From contig OZ242374.1 of assembly GCA_965209055.1 (NCBI GenBank), forward strand, positions 576,001 to 640,000: 64,000 nt of DNA, given 5' to 3'. The translations under genes were made by a program, and so were the position numbers. A model generated the notes under the pieces. It searched no databases. It saw nothing but the letters and a program-made list of their open reading frames with translations, and was not told the origin of the DNA. This document shows positions 7,824 through 21,087 of the stretch, one piece after another (position 1 is the first letter of the stretch; every line of letters begins with the position of its first letter). This DNA comes from Acidobacteriota bacterium (GTDB taxonomy: Bacteria; Acidobacteriota; UBA6911; RPQK01; JAJDTT01).

Positions 7824-10136
7824 ATGGTGAAGATTTCTCCCCTCTTGGTTCTGGCGGGTGTCCTGTTGGCGTCTTGGGCGGATGGCCGGATAGCCTTCGG
7901 GCAGCCCGCTTCAGAGCTCTCGCGCCGGACGCAGCCATTGGAGATGACAGGAGACATCGCTTCCCGCCTGGTGGCCGGCGCCGACCGCTTCCTCCTGGGC
8001 AAATTGGAGAACTCCCGCCGGAACCGGGCGCGACACTGGAACCGCAACTTCTCATCTCCCGGGAACTACGCCCGATCCCTGGAGCCGAACCGGAAGAGGT
8101 TGGCTCACATCCTGGGAGTCCGGGATCCTCGGGTGCCCTTTTCGAGTCCGGAACTGATGGCCACGGTCCGGCAAAGCGCCCGCATCGGGGGGACCGAATC
8201 CTACGATGTGTTCTCCATCCGCTGGCCCTCCGTCGGCCAGATGCATGGAGAAGGGCTGCTCCTGGTTCCCCGGCAGGGCCGGCCTGCCGCCGACGTCATC
8301 GCCGTCCCGGACGCGGACCAGAGCCCGGAACAGATCGCCGGCCTGATTCCCGGGGTCCCTGCCGCATCCCAGTTCGCGCGCCGCTTGGCCGAGAGCGGCT
8401 GCCGGGTCGTGGTTCCGGCCCTCATCAGCCGGGATAGGAAGAGGCGGATCGGGCGTCCCCTCCTGACGCATCGGGAGTTCATCTACCGGTCCGCCTTCGA
8501 ACTGGGCCGGCACCTGCTGGGTTACGAGATCCAGAAGCTCCTGGCCCTGGTGGACTGGTTCACACAGGACGCCGAAGGCGGCGACCCCCGTATCGGTATT
8601 GCCGGTTATGGCGAGGGAGGTGGCCTCGCGCTCTATGCGGCCGCCCTGGACACCCGAATCGACGCCGCCCTGGTGAGCGGGTATTTCAGCGACCGGCGCA
8701 ACATTTGGAAACAACCCATCGACCGCAACGTCTTCGGGCTGCTGGAGCAGTTCGGGGACGCGGAACTGGCCTCGATGATCGCACCTCGTTCCTTGATCGT
8801 CGAAGCGGCAAGGGGTCCCGAGTTGACGCTGCCCGGAGAAGGTGGGGCTCCGGCGATTCTGGACACGCCGCCACTCGAAACCGTTCGCCGGGAGGTCCGA
8901 CGGGCCCAGGAATTCGTGGCCGGACTGAAACCCGCAGACCGGATCCAACTCGTGACCCGTGGTCCCCGGGGCGCCGGTCCCGCAGGCGGCGACCCCGCCC
9001 TGACCTCTTTGCTTGGATCGCTCTCAAGCGGACTCGAACCGGCTCCCTCCGGTCCTGCCCCCTCTTTCCTGCCGGACTCTTTCGATCCCGGGGTCCGCAT
9101 GGAGCGCCAGGTCGGCGAAATGGACCGCCACAACCAGTGGCTGCTCTCCGAGAGCCCCTACGTCCGTCAAACCTTCATGGAGAATCTGGACACCACCTCC
9201 CTGGAAGCCTATCGGAAGAGCACGCGGGACTACCGCGAGATCTTCCGGGAGGAGGTCATCGGCTGGTTCCACGACGATCGACTGCCGTTCAATCCCCGCA
9301 CCCGCCCGATCTACGACGCCCCCGGCTGGACCGGGCACGAGGTGGTCCTCGACGTCTACCCCGACGTCATCGCCTACGGGATTCTGCTTCTTCCCAAGGA
9401 TCTGGTCCCCGGCGAGCGGCGGCCGGTGGTGGTCTGCCAGCACGGCCTGGAAGGGCGGCCCCAGGAAACCATCCGCGGCGACCACAGGGCCTATCACGAC
9501 TTTACGGCCAAGCTCGCCGAACGGGGCTTCATCACCTTCGCCCCTCAGAATCTCTACATCTTCCGGGACCGCTTCCGCACGCTGCAGCGGAAGGCCAACC
9601 CCCTCAAGAAGTCCCTCTTCTCCATCATCGCCGCCCAACACCAGCAGATCCTGGACTGGCTCAAGACCCTCCCCTGGGTGGACCCCGGCCGGATCGGCTT
9701 TTACGGCCTGAGCTATGGAGGGAAGACGGCCATGCGGGTTCCTGCGCTGTTGACCGACTACGCCCTCTCCATCTGCTCGGCCGACTTCAACGAGTGGGTC
9801 TGGAAGAACGCCTCATCCCGAGCCAGGTACAGCTACGTCTTCCATGGAGAGTACGAGATCTTCGAGTTCGACCTGGGCAGCACGTTCAACTACGCGGAGA
9901 TGGCGGCCCTGATTGCCCCCCGGCCCTTCATGGTGGAGCGGGGACATTTCGACGGCGTGGCCCCCGACGAGATGGTGGGCTATGAATTCGCCAAGGTGCG
10001 CCACCTGTACTCCGCGCGCCTGGGCCTGGCCGACCGGGTCGAGATCGAGTGGTTCGTGGGACCGCACACCATCAACGGCCAAGGCACCTTCTCTTTCCTG
10101 CACAAGCACTTGGACTGGCCGGAAAAGAGAGAGTGA
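7824..10136 (+). CDS. Secreted tandem alpha/beta-hydrolase (dienelactone hydrolase-like)
   Basis: Signal peptide MVKISPLLVLAGVLLA; two hydrolase domains with elbows GYGEGG and GLSYGG; LIAPRPFMVE. Confidence 0.85.
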   Translation: MVKISPLLVLAGVLLASWADGRIAFGQPASELSRRTQPLEMTGDIASRLVAGADRFLLGKLENSRRNRARHWNRNFSSPGNYARSLEPNRKRLAHILGVRDPRVPFSSPELMATVRQSARIGGTESYDVFSIRWPSVGQMHGEGLLLVPRQGRPAADVIAVPDADQSPEQIAGLIPGVPAASQFARRLAESGCRVVVPALISRDRKRRIGRPLLTHREFIYRSAFELGRHLLGYEIQKLLALVDWFTQDAEGGDPRIGIAGYGEGGGLALYAAALDTRIDAALVSGYFSDRRNIWKQPIDRNVFGLLEQFGDAELASMIAPRSLIVEAARGPELTLPGEGGAPAILDTPPLETVRREVRRAQEFVAGLKPADRIQLVTRGPRGAGPAGGDPALTSLLGSLSSGLEPAPSGPAPSFLPDSFDPGVRMERQVGEMDRHNQWLLSESPYVRQTFMENLDTTSLEAYRKSTRDYREIFREEVIGWFHDDRLPFNPRTRPIYDAPGWTGHEVVLDVYPDVIAYGILLLPKDLVPGERRPVVVCQHGLEGRPQETIRGDHRAYHDFTAKLAERGFITFAPQNLYIFRDRFRTLQRKANPLKKSLFSIIAAQHQQILDWLKTLPWVDPGRIGFYGLSYGGKTAMRVPALLTDYALSICSADFNEWVWKNASSRARYSYVFHGEYEIFEFDLGSTFNYAEMAALIAPRPFMVERGHFDGVAPDEMVGYEFAKVRHLYSARLGLADRVEIEWFVGPHTINGQGTFSFLHKHLDWPEKRE

Positions 10137-10172
10137 CGGCGGGTCCGGGCGGCCGACCCGGCGCGCCGGGCG

Positions 10173-13367
<3,195 letters not shown>

Positions 13368-13752
13368 GAAGTTCTCCTTGTCGGCGATAACAATCCGTGG
13401 TCAGAGTCCCGCGACCAAGCGGAAACGGCAGCGAATCCCGCGGCCGCCCTTTCCGATTGCCAACGCATTCGTGCGCCATCCGGATGCCACGGAGGCTCTT
13501 GGTACGGGCAGTAATGGTAGAGGGTCGAAGGTATCGAGTCCACAACCCGGGAATCGTCTGGTTCCGCGGGGAAGGACGCCGGAATCACACCCACTCGGCG
13601 CCGCGATTGCAGGCGTGGGGATTCCTCCCGGGCGATGCGCAGTCCTGCTTTCCTGCACGAGGTCAATGCTTGCCATTCATGGAAACACCCCCGGACTCGT
13701 TGTGTGTATTGAAGTCAATACTCCGTTCCGCCATGATTTGGGAGATACACAG

Positions 13753-14235
13753 ATGAGCACTCCATTCGATTCCTTGGCCACCGCCCGCAGACTTGAAGCC
13801 ACCGGAATTGCAACCAAACAGGCCGAGGCGATCGTTTTCGCTATTCAGGAGAGTCGAGACACCGCCGCCACGAAACGGGACCTGGACTCGAATGTGGCAG
13901 CGTTGCGCTCCGACCTGGAAACCAGTACGGCAGCGTTGCGCTCCGACCTGGAGGCCAGTTCGGCGGCGTTGCGTTCCGACCTGGAGGCCAGTTCGGCGGC
14001 GTTGCGTTCCGACTTGAAGGCCAGTTCGGTGTTGTTGCGTTCCGAAATGGAGGCCAATACGGCAGCGTTGCGCTCCGAAATGGAGGCCAATTCAGCCGCA
14101 TTGCGTTCCGAAATCGCGGCGACGGCAGCGGAATTGCGCGGCGAAATGGGCAAACTCAGGGGCGAACTGTTCCGGGCCCTGTGGGTACAAGGCGCCGGAG
14201 TGGTCGGCATCCTCCTCGCCTCCAGAATCTTCTGA
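13753..14235 (+). CDS. DUF1640/CCDC90-like membrane-anchored coiled-coil protein
   Basis: GGAGA RBS; FDSLATARRLEATG...QAEAI head, ATKRDL neck, repeat stalk, C-terminal hydrophobic anchor. Confidence 0.85.
   Translation: MSTPFDSLATARRLEATGIATKQAEAIVFAIQESRDTAATKRDLDSNVAALRSDLETSTAALRSDLEASSAALRSDLEASSAALRSDLKASSVLLRSEMEANTAALRSEMEANSAALRSEIAATAAELRGEMGKLRGELFRALWVQGAGVVGILLASRIF
13897..14148 (+). repeat. 33-bp coding tandem repeat, ~7.5 copies (AALRSDLEASS hendecad)
   Basis: Unit GCRGCGTTGCGYTCCGACCTGGAGGCCAGTTCG repeated contiguously without spacers. Confidence 0.95.
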
Positions 14236-14310
14236 CAGACCGGCGTTCGGTCGGCCCTTGAGTTGTGCCGCTCGAGGAACGAATCAGGATTGAACTGAGG
14301 GAGATTCGTT

Positions 14311-15573
14311 ATGATCCACCGACGCACGTTTATCGGCGCCCTCGGGGGCAGCTTGGCGGCCGTTCCTCTCCTTGGACAAGGCCATGCAAAACCGAAGCGC
14401 CTGGCAGTGGTAGCCACCGAGTGGCGGCGCTATTCTCACGCCTGGCACACGGGTCAACGGTTTCTTGCGGGTTATCCCGTGGAGGGGCGTTGGCACCAGT
14501 CCCCCATCAGGCTCGTATCGGCCTACGTGGACCAGACGCCCGAGAACGACCTGAGCCGCGACCGCGCACGGGAGTTCGGTTTTCAAATTTATCCCACAAT
14601 CGCCGAGACGCTTCGCTGCGGCGGGGACAAATTGGCCGTCGACGTGGTCCTTATCATCGGCGAACACGGTCGATACCCGGTCAACGAACTGGGCCAGAAG
14701 CTCTACCCCCGCTACGAGTTCTTCAAGGAGGTGGTCGAGGTCTTCAAGCAGGATGGGCGCACGGTGCCCGTCTTCAATGACAAACATCTTTCCTGGAGAT
14801 GGGATTGGGCCAAGGAGATGGTCGACACGGCCCGAACCATGGGATTTCCGTTTCTGGCCGGCTCATCTTTGCCCGTCACCTGGAGAATGCCGGACATCGA
14901 CATGCCCTATGGCGCCGAGGTCGACGAAGTGATGTGCGTGTCCTCGGGCGGGGTGGACAGCTACGACATCCACGCCCTGGAGACGATTCAGTGCATGGCG
15001 GAGCGCCGCCGGGGAGGGGAGACCGGAGTCGCGTGGCTCCAGGCGCTACGGGGCGATCCCGCCTGGGATGCCATGGATAAAGGTTCCTTCGGCCGCGGCG
15101 GCTGGGACCCGGAACTGTTCCGGGCGTGCCTCTGCCGCAGCCACAAGCTGACTCAGCCGGAAAACATGAACCACCGGTACCCCACCGCGGAGCAGATCCG
15201 GCAATGGGTGAAAGAACCGGTCGTGTACCGGTACCAACACAACGATGGATTGAAAGGGACGATGCTGCTGCTGAACGGCCTGGTGGAAGACTTCACCTTC
15301 GCCGCGCGCCTGAAGGACCGCTCCGAGCCTCTCTCCACGCTGTTCTACCTGTCGCCGGTGCCCAACGTGGTTCATTTCGCGGCCCAGATGTCCAAGGTGG
15401 AGGAGATGGTCCTGACCGGCGAAGCCCCCTATCCGCCGGAACGGACGCTGCTGACCACCGGGTTGGTCGAGGCTGGGGTACGGTCACTCGCCCAAGGCGG
15501 CAAGACCCTTGAGACACCCCACCTGTCGATCCGTTACCAGGCGCCGAGACAGTCCCAATTCGTGCGGAGTTGA
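14311..15573 (+). CDS. Conserved hypothetical protein with Tat signal (possibly oxidoreductase-like)
   Basis: HRRTFIG twin-arginine signal; GEHGRYP, VFNDKHL, GSSLPVTWR, YDIHALE motifs. Confidence 0.8.
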   Translation: MIHRRTFIGALGGSLAAVPLLGQGHAKPKRLAVVATEWRRYSHAWHTGQRFLAGYPVEGRWHQSPIRLVSAYVDQTPENDLSRDRAREFGFQIYPTIAETLRCGGDKLAVDVVLIIGEHGRYPVNELGQKLYPRYEFFKEVVEVFKQDGRTVPVFNDKHLSWRWDWAKEMVDTARTMGFPFLAGSSLPVTWRMPDIDMPYGAEVDEVMCVSSGGVDSYDIHALETIQCMAERRRGGETGVAWLQALRGDPAWDAMDKGSFGRGGWDPELFRACLCRSHKLTQPENMNHRYPTAEQIRQWVKEPVVYRYQHNDGLKGTMLLLNGLVEDFTFAARLKDRSEPLSTLFYLSPVPNVVHFAAQMSKVEEMVLTGEAPYPPERTLLTTGLVEAGVRSLAQGGKTLETPHLSIRYQAPRQSQFVRS

Positions 15574-15657
15574 GCGGAGACGGTCGAAAAGACCCGGCGG
15601 CCCCGCGGATTGCGCCTTTGTTCTTCACGGTGCAAGGTTCTTCACCCATCGACCCCA

Positions 15658-16779
15658 TCAGATGAGTCGACTGAGAAACCGGAGTGCGTGGCAAACGCGA
15701 ATTCCGTCCGCCGTTACGAATTCCCGTCCCTCTTGGGCCGTCACCAACCACGTCTCGCATTCCGGAAACCGTTTTTTCCAGTAACGAAGATTTCGGTCCG
15801 GCCTCGACTGGGAAATCTTGCATTCGACCGCCAGTACAGGCCGCCTGCGGTCGGTGACAATGAAGTCCACCTCGCGCCCATCGGTATCGCGGAAAAACTG
15901 GAGGTCGATGTCGAGCCCCTCGGCGTCCTGGCGATAGTGGACCCACTTCAACAGATGCCCGGCGACCAGGTTCTCGAGCCGCGGACCGGGTTGGGGAACC
16001 AGTGACCAATCGAAATGGTAGTGCTTCTGCGCCTTCTTGATCGCCCTGATCTTGGGGCTGCCGAACGGTGAGATCCGAAACAGGGCGTAGAGCCGTTCCA
16101 GCGCGGCCACCCAATTGCGGACCGCCTTGTGGCTCACCTGCAGATCTTCGCGAAGCGCGTTGAGTGACAGCAGTGAACCGACCCGTTCCGGCAGGCTCAT
16201 GACAAGCAGCTCAAGGTTTCCCAGATCCTGGATCCGTTCCAGTTCCCTGATCTCTTCGCGAACCAGCAGATTCCGATATTCGCGCGACCAGCGCCGCGCC
16301 TGCACTTCCGAACCCGAAAAGAACGGTTCTGGAAATCCGCCCAGCATGAGCAACTGTTCGAAGTCATCCGCGGACTCGATCCCCAGTTCGGCTACTGACA
16401 AGGGGTGCAGACGAAGCAGGTGGTATCGACCCTGCAGCGAGTCTCCGGAATAGCGATACAGCTCCAATCGAGCGCTGCCCGTGACCAGAATTCTTTGATT
16501 GTCCGGCCGGTCGTCATACAGCCCCTTGAGGTAGTTCCGCCAGCTCCGGTACTTGTGGATCTCGTCGAAGAACCAGAGCGATCCGAATGGCAACTCCCGA
16601 CGAAGAATCCATTCCCGGTGCCTGGGGACATCCCAATTCATGTAGCCTTGCCGGGCGCCCGGCAGGGAAAGGCCCAATGTCGTCTTCCCCACCTGCCTTG
16701 GGCCGGCGACGAATACCATCTTCCGGGGGAGATCCGCCTGGATTTGGTCGCGCAGGTATCGATGCTCCACGATTTGCAT
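15658..16779 (-). CDS. AAA_14 ATPase with DUF4143 / PD-(D/E)xK-like C-terminus
   Basis: GPRQVGKTT Walker A, FFDEIH Walker B, TGSA, GGFPE, REVDFIV...VECK. Confidence 0.92.
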   Translation of the reverse strand: MQIVEHRYLRDQIQADLPRKMVFVAGPRQVGKTTLGLSLPGARQGYMNWDVPRHREWILRRELPFGSLWFFDEIHKYRSWRNYLKGLYDDRPDNQRILVTGSARLELYRYSGDSLQGRYHLLRLHPLSVAELGIESADDFEQLLMLGGFPEPFFSGSEVQARRWSREYRNLLVREEIRELERIQDLGNLELLVMSLPERVGSLLSLNALREDLQVSHKAVRNWVAALERLYALFRISPFGSPKIRAIKKAQKHYHFDWSLVPQPGPRLENLVAGHLLKWVHYRQDAEGLDIDLQFFRDTDGREVDFIVTDRRRPVLAVECKISQSRPDRNLRYWKKRFPECETWLVTAQEGREFVTADGIRVCHALRFLSRLI

Positions 16780-16924
16780 ATATTACAGTAATATTTCCCT
16801 ATTGATAAATATTTTTACAGATGGTTTTACCCACAAGAAAAACAATCTGTATCATCGCAGGAGAAACGGACAGTGCCGCTCGCAATGCGGCAGGCGAGGA
16901 TCAAATCAGGGACGTGTCTCCCCA

Positions 16925-17160
16925 GGCGGCGGTATCGGCCGGTCGCCGAGTTGATTCCGTACATCCCGCGGGATGCCGGAAAAATCCGGGCTGCCATCGA
17001 GACTCTGAAGGCGTTTCAGGAGACCCACACTCTCGCTGGCCTCTCGGTACGTCCAGATGATCGAAGAGTGATGGAAGTACTGATTCCGCTGGCGACTCTG
17101 GACATTGCACTCGGCGCCGCAGGACGATCCGCGGGGCTGCCTGTTCCAAGGCGCCGCTAA
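16925..17160 (+). pseudogene. Collapsed Phd/YefM antitoxin - VapC (PIN) toxin remnant
   Basis: RPVAELIP...KIRAAIETLKAFQETHTLAGLSVR, then after a frameshift QMIEE*WKY* (antitoxin tail), then IPLATLDIALGAAGRSAGLPV (PIN C-terminus). Confidence 0.6.
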
Positions 17161-17237
17161 CGGGTCACGAACCAGAGCACAACGCCCTCACCCTGCCAAA
17201 TCCCAAGTCATTTCGAGATCCTCTGAGCTACTCGGTC

Positions 17238-17310
17238 TTAGTAGAAACCGATGAAATCGCAGTTGTATCCGAACTGCATGTTCTGCGCTTCGGCCGTCTG
17301 GTTCTCTCGT
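17238..17310 (-). pseudogene. Short PhoX-like alkaline phosphatase fragment
   Basis: ENQTAEAQNMQFGYNCDFIGFY resembles the PhoX N-terminal motif QFGYNxD; followed directly by a stop. Confidence 0.45.
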
Positions 17311-17463
17311 GAAATGCGGCCGATGACGCGGGAACATCGAGTGCAAACCTGGATCACGTCGCAATGAAAAACTTGGATCCGAACGCTTAAGTTCCCGTGA
17401 ACGTGGTATTGAAATTGGTGGGGTAGCCGCCGAATATTCAGTGGAAGCGGAGTGAAGGAGAAA

Positions 17464-18291
17464 ATGGGAAAGCACCTCGAGTCGAACGAACCGTATCTGC
17501 TCGGCACCCATGCGGCGGAGGAAAGCCGCCTGGAAACTCAACACCGATTGTGGGCGGGGGAAGCGCGCGACCTCTGGGACCGCGCGGGATTCGGGCCGGG
17601 TGCACGGCTGCTCGATCTCGGCTGCGGTCCGGGATTCGCCACCTTTGAGCTGGCAGAACGGGTCGGCGCAGGAGGCCGGGTGCTCGCCGTCGACGAGTCG
17701 GGGCGTTTCATCGGCAGACTGACCCGCGAAGCGAAACGGCTCGGGTTCAAGCAAATCACCGCGCGGGTGGAGCGGGCCGAGATGGTGCGGCTGGAACCGG
17801 CCTCGCTGGACGGCGCCTTCGTGCGCTGGCTTTTCTGCTTCCTGCCCGATCCGGCCGCGGTCATCGGCCGGGTCGCAAACGGTCTGCGGCCCGGTGGCCG
17901 CTTCGTGGCCTGGGACTTCCTGAACTTCGACGGGATGACGCTCCTGCCACGGAGCCCGGCATTCCAACGCGTCCACGCGGCGGTCTACGAGAGCTTTGCG
18001 AGCAACGGCGGTGATCTCAACATCGGCGACCGGCTGCCGGGACTGATCGCGGCTTCGGGCTGCCGTCTGGTCGACCTGGTCCCTCTCGTGCGGTTCATCC
18101 GGCCCGGGACAAGTTTCTGGAAGTGGCCGACTCAGTTCTTCTCCAACTTCATTCCACAGTTGGTTGAAAACGGCCTATTGACGGAATCGGAACGTCTTGC
18201 GTTTGAAGCCGAGTGGCGGGATCGGGAACGGGATCCGGGCACGTTCCTGTTTGCCGCGCCCATGATCGGCATCGTCGCCGAGAAGATGTAG
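17464..18291 (+). CDS. Class I SAM-dependent methyltransferase
   Basis: YLLG...ESRL, LLDLGCGPG, LRPGG motifs. Confidence 0.92.
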   Translation: MGKHLESNEPYLLGTHAAEESRLETQHRLWAGEARDLWDRAGFGPGARLLDLGCGPGFATFELAERVGAGGRVLAVDESGRFIGRLTREAKRLGFKQITARVERAEMVRLEPASLDGAFVRWLFCFLPDPAAVIGRVANGLRPGGRFVAWDFLNFDGMTLLPRSPAFQRVHAAVYESFASNGGDLNIGDRLPGLIAASGCRLVDLVPLVRFIRPGTSFWKWPTQFFSNFIPQLVENGLLTESERLAFEAEWRDRERDPGTFLFAAPMIGIVAEKM

Positions 18292-18330
18292 CGCCGGCAT
18301 CAGGCCGTAAGGCCATCGGACGGAAAGCCA

Positions 18331-19956
18331 GTGAAAAAACATGAACCACGTATCCGCAAAAAAAAGCGGAACAGCACCGATCAGTCGGCGGAGCGGGATT
18401 TCGTACAGCTTCCCAGAAGACAGATCGTGCTGACGATGCTGGGGGTGATGTCCGCGGTATTTCTGGCCATGGTGAGCCAGACCGTCGTGGCCACGGCCAT
18501 GCCGCGCATCGTCGCCGATCTGGGTGGATTCGACCGCTACACGTGGGTGGCGGCCGCCTATCTCATCGCGTCCACGGTGGCCATCCCCATCGCCGGGCGA
18601 CTCACCGACATCTACGCGCGCAAGGGATTTCTCGTCCTGGGGCTCGTCGTATTCATCGCCGGCTCCGTAGCGGCCGGATTCAGCCAGTCGATGAATCAGC
18701 TCATCGCTGCCCGGGCCTTTCAGGGTATCGGCGGCGGAATCCTCATGACCATGAGCCTCCGTTCCATCCCGGATCTTTTTCCGCCCCGGAAACGGGGCAG
18801 GTTTCAGGGACTGATCGCCCTCGTGTTCGGCATGGCCTCGGTCATCGGGCCGGGGCTGGGGGGCTTCATCACGGATCAACTCTCCTGGAACTGGGTCTTC
18901 CTGATCAATCTTCCTGCCGGGATTCCAGTGCTCCTGCTGGTCATGCGCACCTTCCCCAACATCAGTCCCGTGGCCGGAGATCGCAAGCTGGACTATCCGG
19001 GGATGATGGCTCTGGTGCTTTCCGTAGTGCCCGTGATGCTGGCGTTGTCGTGGGCAGGAAACCAGTACGATTGGGCGTCACCGCAGGTCATGGGCCTCCT
19101 GGGCTTCGGGTTGGCGATGGCCGGGTTGTTCGTGGTCGTGGAATCCAGGTCCGATTCCCCCATCATGCCCCTGGAAATCTACAGAAACCGGATGGTATCC
19201 ATCTCGGCGCTCGTCGCATTCGTGACCGGGTTCGGGCTGTACGGGAGCATCATTTTTCTGCCGCTGTTCTTCCAGGCTGTCCTGGGCGCTTCCGCGACGG
19301 GAAGCGGCGGCTTTTTGACCCCCATGTTGCTGGGAATCGTCGTCGGCTCCATTCTGGCCGGCAGGCGGCTTTCCCGATCCGGCGGTCAATACCGGAGGCA
19401 GGGGCTGGCCACCACAGGCTGCATGGCCGTCGGCATGATTCTCATCTCTGCCATGACCGGGAGCACCAGCTTCGGCGCCGCAGTGGGATACATCGTGATC
19501 ATGGGGCTCGGCGTGGGAGGAACGCTGGCCACCTTTGCGGTGGCGGTGCAGAATTCGGTTTCGGCCCGGGTCATGGGAACCGCCACCTCGGCGCTACATT
19601 TCTTCAGGCTGATCGGCGGGACGACGGGTCTCGCCCTGCTGGGCGCCTTGTTGAGGCACAGGTTCTCGCTGCGGGTGGAAGAGACGGTTTCGGCCACCAC
19701 AAGGGCCGCTCTCCCTCCCGGACGGCTTGACGCCATAACGGACAACCCGCGGGCGCTGATCGATCCGTCCGCCATCGACGAACTGAGATCCGGATTCTCC
19801 GGCGCCGGTGCCGACACTGCGGCGCTGGCGGACACTCTTCTCAGCGACCTGAATTCCGCGTTGTCGGCAGCGGTTGGAGACGTGTTTACGGTCAGCGCCG
19901 CAGTCATGGCGGGCGCCGTGGCCATCACCCTCTTTCTGAAGAGGTCACGCGTCTGA
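18331..19956 (+). CDS. MFS drug:H+ antiporter, DHA2 (14-TM) family
   Basis: QTVVATAMPRI, GRLTDIYARK, ARAFQGIGGG, WNWVFLINLP. Confidence 0.93.
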   Translation: MKKHEPRIRKKKRNSTDQSAERDFVQLPRRQIVLTMLGVMSAVFLAMVSQTVVATAMPRIVADLGGFDRYTWVAAAYLIASTVAIPIAGRLTDIYARKGFLVLGLVVFIAGSVAAGFSQSMNQLIAARAFQGIGGGILMTMSLRSIPDLFPPRKRGRFQGLIALVFGMASVIGPGLGGFITDQLSWNWVFLINLPAGIPVLLLVMRTFPNISPVAGDRKLDYPGMMALVLSVVPVMLALSWAGNQYDWASPQVMGLLGFGLAMAGLFVVVESRSDSPIMPLEIYRNRMVSISALVAFVTGFGLYGSIIFLPLFFQAVLGASATGSGGFLTPMLLGIVVGSILAGRRLSRSGGQYRRQGLATTGCMAVGMILISAMTGSTSFGAAVGYIVIMGLGVGGTLATFAVAVQNSVSARVMGTATSALHFFRLIGGTTGLALLGALLRHRFSLRVEETVSATTRAALPPGRLDAITDNPRALIDPSAIDELRSGFSGAGADTAALADTLLSDLNSALSAAVGDVFTVSAAVMAGAVAITLFLKRSRV

Positions 19957-21069
19957 AGGCACGGGGCGAACGCGGACTCGCTTGCCGTTCAGGAGGGTCC
20001 CGACCCAGGTATATCGAACTGCCCACGCATAGACCGCCAGCAGCAGACCCGTTACGGCGACGCAGATCGACACGAACGCCAGGTGTGGATTGAGGGACCT
20101 CTCCGCGGCCAGCCGCTGGCCCCAGACCACCAGCGGCAGATGCATGACGTAGATCCAGTAGGAGGCGTCCGAGACATACCGCACCCAGGATCGCTCCCGG
20201 GCCGCAACCCGCCGGAACAGTCCCATCAGGCCAAAGCAGGCCATCCAGGTGTACGCGACCTGAAACGCTGCCGCTCCCACCGGCACCCAGGCCGTTTTCG
20301 GATCCACGAAGCCGATTCTCCCGGGATAGAGAAACACCAGCGCCAGCGCCAGCAGCGGCAGCGCCAGCGGGAGCCCTGAGGACCACCACCGGCGCACCGG
20401 GACGCTCCGCTGATGGAGCAGGACGCCGGCCAGGAAGAAGACGAGATAGTAAACGATGATCGGAAGCTCGGGCAGGAATCCGCCGGAGACGTCGGCGCCC
20501 ACGATCTGGCGCATGAAATACTGCGGCACGATGGCCGCAGGGACGAGCATCCACCACCTGGGATGCCGGAACCGCAAGCCGAGCCTGGCGGCGATGCCGA
20601 AAGCTCCGACGATCAGCAACAGGTGCCAGAGAAACCAGAGATGGTAGAAGTGCTCCGGCCAGGTGATCGGGTCGTTTTCCCCTTCGGTGAATGCCCAATG
20701 AGTGAGGGGGATGACGGTGACCATTGCCAGCAGCAGCGGCAGTCCGACGTACCTCAAGCGGGCCCTGACCATCTGCGCCAACCCCCGGCGCCGCCATTGC
20801 ATGGCGGTGAAATATCCGCTCAGGATGAAAAACAGCGGCATGAGAACTCCGGCCAGGGCGCTGAACAGGTAGACGTAAGGGTTGTAATGAGGTTCCGTGT
20901 CCTCGGCGTAGACATGTTTCCCCGGCCAGAAGTCCGAGAAGGGCATCAGGAAACACAACGCGTGCAACAAGACGACGAGCAGCATGGCAACGGCGCGCAG
21001 AGCGTCGAGTTCGTGAATCCGGCTCTCGGCAGGCGGCTCTCCATTCGTCCGGGATGCTCTCAGCGACAA
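19945..21069 (-). CDS. Acyltransferase-3 family membrane protein (OpgC/MdoC-like)
   Basis: RIHELDALRAVAMLL..LH, MPLFFILSGYF, HLWFLW, SYWIYVMH. Confidence 0.92.
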   Translation of the reverse strand: MSLRASRTNGEPPAESRIHELDALRAVAMLLVVLLHALCFLMPFSDFWPGKHVYAEDTEPHYNPYVYLFSALAGVLMPLFFILSGYFTAMQWRRRGLAQMVRARLRYVGLPLLLAMVTVIPLTHWAFTEGENDPITWPEHFYHLWFLWHLLLIVGAFGIAARLGLRFRHPRWWMLVPAAIVPQYFMRQIVGADVSGGFLPELPIIVYYLVFFLAGVLLHQRSVPVRRWWSSGLPLALPLLALALVFLYPGRIGFVDPKTAWVPVGAAAFQVAYTWMACFGLMGLFRRVAARERSWVRYVSDASYWIYVMHLPLVVWGQRLAAERSLNPHLAFVSICVAVTGLLLAVYAWAVRYTWVGTLLNGKRVRVRPVPSDA

Positions 21070-21087
21070 GGGTTTCCTGCTCCTGGA

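Noticed and set aside
5970-10136. 1388-aa ORF as a single giant protein
   Set aside because: The first ~620 aa are the antisense shadow of the DSD1 gene plus off-frame sequence; the real gene starts at 7824 with a signal peptide
13897-14148. 33-bp repeats as a CRISPR array
   Set aside because: Contiguous, no unique spacers, in-frame coding, and no cas genes
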